From positions 1 through 59,195 of IMG/VR virus record IMGVR_UViG_3300044825_002433: a stretch of DNA of 59,195 bases, one strand, 5' to 3'. Made by a program: the position numbers and the translations under genes. Origin of the DNA: a virus (Duplodnaviria; Caudoviricetes). Under the pieces are notes generated by a model that saw only the letters and a list, made by a program, of their open reading frames with translations, searched no databases and had not been told where the DNA came from. Shown here piece by piece: positions 9,698 through 17,800 of this stretch. Within the stretch, counting starts at the first letter, position 1. Each line of letters opens with the position of its first letter.

Positions 9698-10572
9698 AAA
9701 AAGCGCAGGCCGCTAAACGGAAAGCTCAAGTAGCTAAAGCTAAGATCTCGACGACTAAGCCTGCTGCAACTGCGCCTACTACGCAACAATCCCAGACTTC
9801 TGGCACCGTGACAACTGGCCCCCTCCCAACACAAGGCCAACGTGGGTACATGCCAGGTTTATTGCCGGGTACAGTAGCAAATTTTGACTCGCGACTGCCT
9901 GCAGGTGTTGCTTATAGCCGCCACAACCCTATGAGTCAAGGAGAGGCTAATTATATCGACGATTACATTAGCGGTAGAATAAGTGACGCTACATCTATAG
10001 GACAGTGGCGAGAAGGTGGCGGCTATCGCGGGCAGTCATCTATTGCAGCACAACCTTCTTCAATTACTGCAAAGCAGCCTCTTTCTGCACCTAAAAACGT
10101 TAAAAGTTTGAAAGGGGCGGGAGCTGTTGTGTCTAAGAAAGAGTTAGCAAATATTATGCGCGCACAGAATTTGACTGCACAACAAGTTCTGGAACGGGCC
10201 GGTCGGCGCGGCGTCTCTCTAGGAGCAGGTGTTGTAAACGCGGCCAATACAGGCAAACTCGATAGAAATCTTTTACTTTCGAATTTTGCAGGACAGACGA
10301 GTGACTTCGTTCAAGGCATGAAGGGTCTGACTCTCTCGCGAGGTCAGCAGTACTCTGGAACTTATGAGGCGGATGGTAAACAAGTTCCTATTGTTCAGGC
10401 CCGCCCCGGAGCTACCGGTCTGACTGGTTACAGTCGGCCCACGCAAGCCGGTACTGCTGGTGAATCTTCAGCGGTATCAGGAGGAAAAGTGCAGAAACTG
10501 CGCGCAAAACTTCAGAAAACAAAAGCACTGATAAAATCAAGTCAGTCGGAGCTCTCTGCTCGTGGCCTCTGA
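9694..10572 (+). CDS. Hypothetical basic low-complexity protein
   Basis: 292 aa, GTGA overlap with upstream stop. Confidence 0.5.
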   Translation: MKKAQAAKRKAQVAKAKISTTKPAATAPTTQQSQTSGTVTTGPLPTQGQRGYMPGLLPGTVANFDSRLPAGVAYSRHNPMSQGEANYIDDYISGRISDATSIGQWREGGGYRGQSSIAAQPSSITAKQPLSAPKNVKSLKGAGAVVSKKELANIMRAQNLTAQQVLERAGRRGVSLGAGVVNAANTGKLDRNLLLSNFAGQTSDFVQGMKGLTLSRGQQYSGTYEADGKQVPIVQARPGATGLTGYSRPTQAGTAGESSAVSGGKVQKLRAKLQKTKALIKSSQSELSARGL

Positions 10573-10591
10573 CGCTTAAATATCGGACATC

Positions 10592-12826
10592 ATGGCGGAT
10601 AACTACGGCGTTCGGCAACGATTCAGTGAGATTCTGGAAGCCTCCCGGAATCAAGACCGTTCGCGGCAATCCGCCACGATGGTAGTTCTAGGTCATTTGC
10701 AGCAGATGGTGCTGTTAATGATCAAGAAAGGTTTGTTTTTCTACTGTGAGCAAGACACTTATAGAGCTAGAACTAAGTTCATTCAGGATCTTTTAGACCT
10801 AAACAAACTTGATATTCGATTTCCGTCGATCATCCGAAACTTCCTCATCGACGGTTGCGGACTTTTTTACTTTCGTCCCGACCCTAAATTAAAGTATCAG
10901 ATTTATTTCTTTAATAAAGAGCAGTATCGTGTGTATCACGATATCAATGGAAATATAGAAGAAGTTGTAATTATTTACAGCTATAAGATCCGTAACAGCA
11001 ACATAGGTCTTCCTTCAGATACTTATGGAATGAACGAACGCTATGTTCGTATTTCCATAACTACAGATACTATTTCGGAGTACGAGGCCAATAGTGAGCT
11101 CAGTTTTGAGCTAGAGCCTGGTGCAATCATCGCACCTAAGAGCTCCCGGCCAAACACGCTCGGATTTATTCCCGCTGTGGAGGTCCTCAACAAACCCAAC
11201 AGCAGCGGAACAGAGGGTGAAGGGGAGTTCGAACCCTTCATGGAACAAATTGTTCTGCACGATCAAATGATGCGGAACATTGCCAAGAACATCGAGTTCT
11301 TCGGCAATCCCACGCTGATTAGCTCCCGTCCCCGTAGCGATCTGGTCGAAGCTTCGGATGCCGATCGCACTTTCCGTCCGACTATTAGTAGTCAGAGCGG
11401 ATTTGGAGGAAGGGACACACCTTCGACGCGTGTGTCCGAACCTTTTGGGGCTAACTCCTCTATTGGTGGTTTAAAGGTTCCCCGCATTATTGCGAACGTA
11501 GAACCCAACGACCGCGTGGGCTACATGACGCCCGACCCAGTTAATGGCGACATGAATCGCTACGCGCTTCTGCTGCGGGAAGAAATTCGCACAGCTTTAG
11601 GCGGCGTTGATGAAATTTCAATTTCGGCGGGTGCGACAGCTACCGAAATTAAGGGTCTGATGGGTCGTGCTCAAGCCACGGCGCTGCGTAAGAACAAGAG
11701 TTTCTTGACTTACGGTTTCTGCAAGTTGCTTGAGATGATTATTTACCATCAAGAGCAGATCTTCCGTGAGAGTTTTATTTCGGTCGTTGATCTGAAAGCT
11801 CCTAAGGAACCTAAAGAGCAGACGCAGGAGGCTTTGGAGAAATACCAAGCCGCAATGGCTAAGTTTGATAACAAAGTTGATGTAGCTATTAAAGAGGCGC
11901 TTGACGCTGTTGCCGTACCCCCTGGTGTCTACGGCCTTCCTCCTGACGGCGAACGTACCGTTTCGTACCGATTCCAAGGGGATGTTTATGAAGACACGGC
12001 GTACGATTTAAACCAGAAGTCTATTGTCGTCCGGAACTTGCAGGAACTCGGCGTGGATAGCGTCGAAGCCATCAAGTATCTCTTCCCAGACAAAACCGAT
12101 TCTGAAAGAGCGGAAATGTTGAAAGGATTTCCTTTCCGCATGATTCAGCAAACACAAAGCGCATTTCAGCAATTTTTAGTATTATTAAGTCAGATGTTGC
12201 AGACGCCACATCCTCTTGCGCCGAATCAACCCTTAGCGGCTGATCCTCGGCTAAACCTCACGCCCCTGTTCTACAGGACGTTTGATCACCTCGCGCAAGA
12301 ACTGACTTACTCGGGCAGCTATGAGCCAGCAGATCCCAGCTTCGATCCCGAGCCCGGTCTCCCCGGCGGTAGCGGCCCCTCAGGCAGCTCCCTCGGCGGA
12401 TATGGGCTCAACAGCCTACCCACAATGGGTGGCAACTACCCAGGGGGCGCCTTCGGCAACTATGCCCCAAGCGCCGTCGCCGGCAACACCGGTTACGGCC
12501 CCTTCTATCAACAGCCAGTCCAACCAGTTTCCGTCAACCTCCTCCCCGTCCAACCCGTGGGAAGCGGCCCTGACCAGCCTGGATCGGGTGGTTTCGCGGA
12601 TTACCCCGTCCCTCAACCAGGCACCACAGTATCCTCAGTACCAGACGGCGCCGCAGGATACTCAACAGCTCGCGCTGACTTCACAGGCCCAGCCTTGGCT
12701 GTACCAAGCCCCTACGGATCAGCAGATCTCGTACAACAGCGCGTCTACAACCCAGACTTCTTATCCGACTTCTACGGCGCAGCAACAGGTTCCTCAGCTA
12801 AGCGAGGAAACCGCCGCCGTCGTTAA
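10592..12826 (+). CDS. Portal protein with long Pro/Gly-rich C-terminal extension
   Basis: Size, position between terL and capsid, helical portal-like core (e.g. ISAGATATEIK). Confidence 0.7.
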   Translation: MADNYGVRQRFSEILEASRNQDRSRQSATMVVLGHLQQMVLLMIKKGLFFYCEQDTYRARTKFIQDLLDLNKLDIRFPSIIRNFLIDGCGLFYFRPDPKLKYQIYFFNKEQYRVYHDINGNIEEVVIIYSYKIRNSNIGLPSDTYGMNERYVRISITTDTISEYEANSELSFELEPGAIIAPKSSRPNTLGFIPAVEVLNKPNSSGTEGEGEFEPFMEQIVLHDQMMRNIAKNIEFFGNPTLISSRPRSDLVEASDADRTFRPTISSQSGFGGRDTPSTRVSEPFGANSSIGGLKVPRIIANVEPNDRVGYMTPDPVNGDMNRYALLLREEIRTALGGVDEISISAGATATEIKGLMGRAQATALRKNKSFLTYGFCKLLEMIIYHQEQIFRESFISVVDLKAPKEPKEQTQEALEKYQAAMAKFDNKVDVAIKEALDAVAVPPGVYGLPPDGERTVSYRFQGDVYEDTAYDLNQKSIVVRNLQELGVDSVEAIKYLFPDKTDSERAEMLKGFPFRMIQQTQSAFQQFLVLLSQMLQTPHPLAPNQPLAADPRLNLTPLFYRTFDHLAQELTYSGSYEPADPSFDPEPGLPGGSGPSGSSLGGYGLNSLPTMGGNYPGGAFGNYAPSAVAGNTGYGPFYQQPVQPVSVNLLPVQPVGSGPDQPGSGGFADYPVPQPGTTVSSVPDGAAGYSTARADFTGPALAVPSPYGSADLVQQRVYNPDFLSDFYGAATGSSAKRGNRRRR

Positions 12827-13241
12827 TCACTTCGGTCTGGAAGCTCCTGCTGTTCTGAACCAGTACGCCGTCACTTTAGAAGACGCACTGATTCAGCAGA
12901 ATGAGACCCTGGAAGCCCTCACCGCTCGTGCGGGTGCCATGGAGCACATTCTGACTGACCCTGAGCAGCTTGCTGATTACACCGATCGCTTCTTCACCGA
13001 AGTGTATCCCGTGGATGAGACTGAAGCTCTGGCCCCCAGCCAGACTTATCAGCCTCAGTATGACCAGATGCCCGCTGTTCCTGCTTCGGCTTCCACCGGC
13101 ACTCGTCCCGCGGATCCCGATTCCCAGTGGCAGGGTTTCTCTCAGACCATGGAACGCTCTCCTGAGCAGGCATGGCGCTATCTGAGCCAAATGGATCCCG
13201 GCGCTCTGCGTTCTAAGCTTCTCTTTATGGACAACGCCTGA
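12321..13241 (+). CDS. Putative capsid scaffolding protein
   Basis: P/Q/S/A-rich N-half, acidic coiled-coil C-half; between portal and capsid; followed by a terminator. Confidence 0.55.
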   Translation: MSQQIPASIPSPVSPAVAAPQAAPSADMGSTAYPQWVATTQGAPSATMPQAPSPATPVTAPSINSQSNQFPSTSSPSNPWEAALTSLDRVVSRITPSLNQAPQYPQYQTAPQDTQQLALTSQAQPWLYQAPTDQQISYNSASTTQTSYPTSTAQQQVPQLSEETAAVVNHFGLEAPAVLNQYAVTLEDALIQQNETLEALTARAGAMEHILTDPEQLADYTDRFFTEVYPVDETEALAPSQTYQPQYDQMPAVPASASTGTRPADPDSQWQGFSQTMERSPEQAWRYLSQMDPGALRSKLLFMDNA

Positions 13242-13275
13242 TTTCAGGCTAGTCTGTCCTAGTGAAGGTTCGCTT

Positions 13276-13302
13276 GTCCCCGTCTTCTAGGCGGGGATTT
13301 TT
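13276..13302 (+). terminator. Rho-independent terminator
   Basis: gtccccgtc-ttcta-ggcggggat then T run. Confidence 0.7.
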
Positions 13303-13349
13303 GTATCTAGAGTTATTTGCGTTAAACTGGATTCAGATTTGTCAAGTAC

Positions 13350-13553
13350 ATGCCGTTTAAATCAGAAAGTCAGCGGCGAAAGTTTTACGCCATGGCCGAA
13401 CGTGGTGAAATTTCTAAAGGAAAAGTGCGCGAATACGAGAAAGAGACAAAAGGAGACCTCCCTGAGAAGGTAGAGAAAGCTAAAGAGGCCAAAAGAAAAG
13501 CCAAGAAATACAAACTTGGCAAAAAAATGACCAAAAACACCAACGAGGGTTGA
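13350..13553 (+). CDS. Small basic phage protein
   Basis: MPFKSESQRRKFYAM type N-terminus; TAAACT 21 nt upstream. Confidence 0.7.
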   Translation: MPFKSESQRRKFYAMAERGEISKGKVREYEKETKGDLPEKVEKAKEAKRKAKKYKLGKKMTKNTNEG

Positions 13554-13556
13554 TCC

Positions 13557-13733
13557 GTGGGCAACTTAAACCGCCGCCGCAGCGTTCCAGCCGGATCCAC
13601 GGCTGAAATCGAAGCTCTTAAGCAGGAATTGGCTGAACTCCGTGCCGCGTATGCTCGCGATATGGAGAATATCAGCATCGATATGCAGACTTTGAACTCA
13701 AAAATTCAACCTCCGGCTGAATCGGATACCTGA
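13557..13733 (+). CDS. Small coiled-coil protein (58 aa, below ORF-track cutoff)
   Basis: GTG start, EIEALKQELAELRAAY heptads; fills the gap between genes. Confidence 0.6.
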   Translation: MGNLNRRRSVPAGSTAEIEALKQELAELRAAYARDMENISIDMQTLNSKIQPPAESDT

Positions 13734-13772
13734 GTTAAAGAGATTTATACTATTTTTAGTCGCCTAGCTTAA

Positions 13773-14765
13773 ATGTACGTACCTTTAAGCAATTGGCGAT
13801 ACGACACTAATCCCCATCGATTAGGTAGTGGACCTAATCACGAATCTTTTGTAGTTGTTACCTTTCCTGAGGAGGACCCCTCGGGTTTTGCTTACTTTAT
13901 TTCGGAAGACGACTCAAACGGTATTTTACTTTTTTCTTCCGAGTCTTCTAGTCCTTTTGTTTCCGAGACCGCGGGTATTGCAGAGGTCTACAGCCGTTGG
14001 GGGACGTCTCCATTAAACACATATAAAGGCCTGTACTTTGGTGTTAATGATGTCGGTTTGGATTCCGGGGTGAAGACTCCGGGTCCTCCGACTCTTTACG
14101 ACTATTTGGTCTTCGGTTTGGAGAATGGTGACATTCTCGGAACGGAAGATTTTAACGAGTTAGGGCTTTACCCTCTTTGGGGCATCACCACAGCGTGGCG
14201 GCAAGTCCCCCCTGCACCTGCTGGTTTTTGGACTAATTATCAGAATGTCGATTACGATCCCACGAATGCGTTAAGTAGTTACGAGGGGTACCGAGGGTTA
14301 ACAACTACCCGGATTAACAACGCCAAGGTTTCGACATCCTTTGGTCCGCAGTACGGTCTACGAACATCCGGAAAATATACCTATTTTAATGGGGTTGCGC
14401 CTTCGTCTCAGAATTACACACCGTATAACACGCCTGACAGCAACACAAGTGCTCAAGGGTACACCGGAGGTGGGGTTACTCATGGGCGCTTGGAAGGCGG
14501 CATCCTTACAAACCCCACTGGAGATACGTCAGGTTCCCGTGCTTCGTGGGTTTATAACCCGCCTGTGTACTGTAAAACCTTCACCGAGACCGTTCGAGCG
14601 GCTTCGCCTGGTGTGATGGGCCCTGCGCTCCGGTATATCTATCGAGGTAAAGCGGGTTCTTATGTATCTAACTTCGGTTCCATTTATCACCAAGCTCCTG
14701 AAGGTGTTCGCAGTATGGTTCGGACCTTTAGTGCGTCTGTTAATTCCAGTAATCAGAGAAGTTAA
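13773..14765 (+). CDS. Hypothetical virion structural protein
   Basis: 330 aa, G/S/T/Y-rich, directly upstream of capsid gene. Confidence 0.55.
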   Translation: MYVPLSNWRYDTNPHRLGSGPNHESFVVVTFPEEDPSGFAYFISEDDSNGILLFSSESSSPFVSETAGIAEVYSRWGTSPLNTYKGLYFGVNDVGLDSGVKTPGPPTLYDYLVFGLENGDILGTEDFNELGLYPLWGITTAWRQVPPAPAGFWTNYQNVDYDPTNALSSYEGYRGLTTTRINNAKVSTSFGPQYGLRTSGKYTYFNGVAPSSQNYTPYNTPDSNTSAQGYTGGGVTHGRLEGGILTNPTGDTSGSRASWVYNPPVYCKTFTETVRAASPGVMGPALRYIYRGKAGSYVSNFGSIYHQAPEGVRSMVRTFSASVNSSNQRS

Positions 14766-14856
14766 CAGTCTATTTATCGCTAAGAATGCGACAAGTTACT
14801 GTTCATTCTCTGTTTATCCAGTTAAATTAAGTATGTAGTTTTCGGAGGTTGGCGCT

Positions 14857-17800
14857 TTGTTCGTCGACAACGATTTTCCGAAGCTGCTCGGTGCAGAGCT
14901 CTATCGTCCGCATCAATAGGTGCCTAGATAATTAAAGTTATCTAGAAAACCTCGTGAATTGCTGGAACCCTTCTTCCAGTGCTCGCTAACCCTTCGGGGG
15001 AACCTTGAAAATTAGACCCAGTAACTTCTGGGCGTTATGTAAGACCTCTTCTGAGCACGCAGAGGTCGAGGGAATCAGCAGCGAAGCCGTGTGGGAACAT
15101 ACGGAACGTTCAGAGACTAGATGAAGTAATCCAGAACGGATGAAACATCCAAGAGCGCGAGGCTCCTAAACAGGTAATGCTGTAGGAGATGATATAGTCC
15201 GAGCTTACGCGATAGCAAAGCGTAAGAGCTGGAAGATAAAGAGCTTCCAGGATAACAAACTGCCTGCGTACGTTGTAGAGATGGCTGCTGAGCCTGTAGT
15301 TGTTCACGATTTTAGTAAACAACCAGGCCAAACTGTGCAGCTGGACAGATATCGCTTCTGGGGTAATCCCGGTAGCAAGGAGTCACGCGAGCGTACTGCT
15401 GAGCAGACCATTGGTACTGCAAACAGCAGGAACATCGTAAAGGATAAAGTTCTTGTGACTCTTCGTGAGTACACAGGTCCTGCAGATCCTAGTGATCCTA
15501 CACAGCCTAGTACTTTTAAGATTGCTAAAACCTTGGCCCTCGCTTGAGAAATCAGGTGATGCGCACTCCGTGAATTGCTGGAACCCCTCCTGACGTTTTA
15601 TTATGTCCGGGAAATCAGCAGCCGAGCTTGATGAGTAATCATCTTGAAGGTTCAACGACTAGGGTTGGCGGTTGTACGCTTGACCTGTTGCCTAGTGCGG
15701 ATCAGGCTTTTCTAAAAGCCTGTCTCTTTGGGGACGGTTGGTTAGGTCTTCAACGCAAAAAATACGTACACCTACGTATAGGTCACTCAGCTAAACAACT
15801 TAACTGGCTGACCTACAAAGCTAAGAAGATAAACCAAATACTAAATAAAGATAGAAAAATTTTAGGGCCTTATAAACAATCCGACGGTTCTAATAAAGAT
15901 AAGATTCACTACTCTTATCTCTATTGTGTTGATGACCACGAATTATTTTCACCGTGGTTTGATCGTTGGTATGAGGTTCCTTCAGTCGGGAAAGTAATAA
16001 AACACGTTACTCCCGATTTTCTATCTGGATTAGGTCTCCCAGAGTTAGCCGTCCTGTGGTGTGATGATGGCTCTGTCAGTTCATCTGATCGAGTTACAAA
16101 ACATTACCTTAAAGATGGAACTCTTAGAGAATATCCGTACGTAGAAGCGCAAGGTCAGATTGCCCTATGCTCTTTAGATTATGAAGAGCACCAGCTTGTA
16201 AGAGAGTGGCTTTATTCCATAACAGGCGTAAAGTGGCGCTACTCTCCTAGAAGCAAGGAAAATAGGGCTACCTTAAACATTGGAAAAAGGGCTTTACGCG
16301 AATTTCTACCGCTCATCGCCCCTCATATTCCTTCGTTTATGGCGTATAAAGTCGATTCCTCCCACTGCCGGATACGGTAAAGGAGGAGACCCCACGAGCG
16401 CGGAGCATCCAAACAGGTGAAGCTGTGGATGATGATATAGTCTGAACTTACGGGATGGTAAACCGTAAGATCTAGAGGATAAAGAGCCTCTAGGGTAACA
16501 ACTTGAGGGAAACTCTGATTACCGCCCAACGTTTACTGTTGGATACAGGTAATCTGACTGCTTTCCATCAATCCATCGGGTCTCTGACTCTTTTGGATGA
16601 CTACACACCTGTGGTCGCTTAGCTAGAAACAGTTAAGGCAATTTAGGGTGAATTGCTGGAAGCCCTTCCCCCTTCAGCAAGGGAAAAGGATTGTGCACCA
16701 CAACGTAATCGGTAACGATAGGCGTGACGGTTTAAAAAACACAACTCCGCATGGGTAATCAGCAGCCAAGCCGGAGAATATACGCTCTGGAAGGTTCAAC
16801 GACTAGATCCCGAGAGGAAACTCAGTAACGGATCCACGAGTGCCCTATACCTGACCTTCGACAACAAAAAAGAGATCCCTCTTTCGAAGTAAACAAGGAA
16901 CATCTTCACTGGCGTTAGCGTAAATAAGCTCACCGAAGTGTAAGGCGTTCTTAGAATACATTCGAAGGTTATACTCTTTATCTACTCCATCTAGAGTGGG
17001 GTAGATATGTTCCTTGTTTAAGAATTCTTTTAATTGTTCGGCTAACAGCTTGCTGCCTGTCGTTATTTTTGCTTCTATAGAGTTTTTCCTTTTGGAAATA
17101 GAACCGTTTCCATCGAAATACCCTCGAAGCCAAAAAATAAAAAGGCTGTGCGGCAGTTTAGGAGCTTCAACAATTAAAGATTTTTTCGGAGGAACTCCGG
17201 CTTTCATTAGATGAACTGCAGCATTTTTTGCTGTTAGTTTTATTTGCCATAAGTTATTTGTTTCGCGCTCTTTGCGGAGTAAACCAGGGTAACCTAAGTC
17301 TTCTGCAAAATGTTCAAGCAAGTAGCTGTCTGCTTCTTTTAAAGCTATGGCAAATCCTTTTGGCTCATTATGTTCCCGGACGATCCAACCGTCTGCGGCT
17401 ATCAGCCCCAACCAATAAGCTTTACGAGGACTGTCGATGTCCGAAAAAAAGTTTTCATTAGCTCCGCTCTTTCGGTAGCTAAAGACTCTTTTTGCTCCGG
17501 GCTTTGCCTCGTAAACATCGCTATACTTTCGTTCGCCTTTCTTCTGCGCGTATGAGAGTACTCCGTGCTTCTTACGAGCATGGGTGGCGGCTGTTCTGGA
17601 CAAGCCAAAAGATCTAGAAATTTCCGCGTCTGAATACAAAGAAGTCAACTCATCCAGTTCCTCTTTTGTCAGATCGGTTAGAGCCCGCTCAGTCACGTCG
17701 AAGAAGGTAAAGATATAGTCTAACACTGCTCGATGATAAAGAGCAGTCGATCGGATAAAGAGCCGATTGGTCTCTTATGAGATTTTTGAGACAGGCGCTG

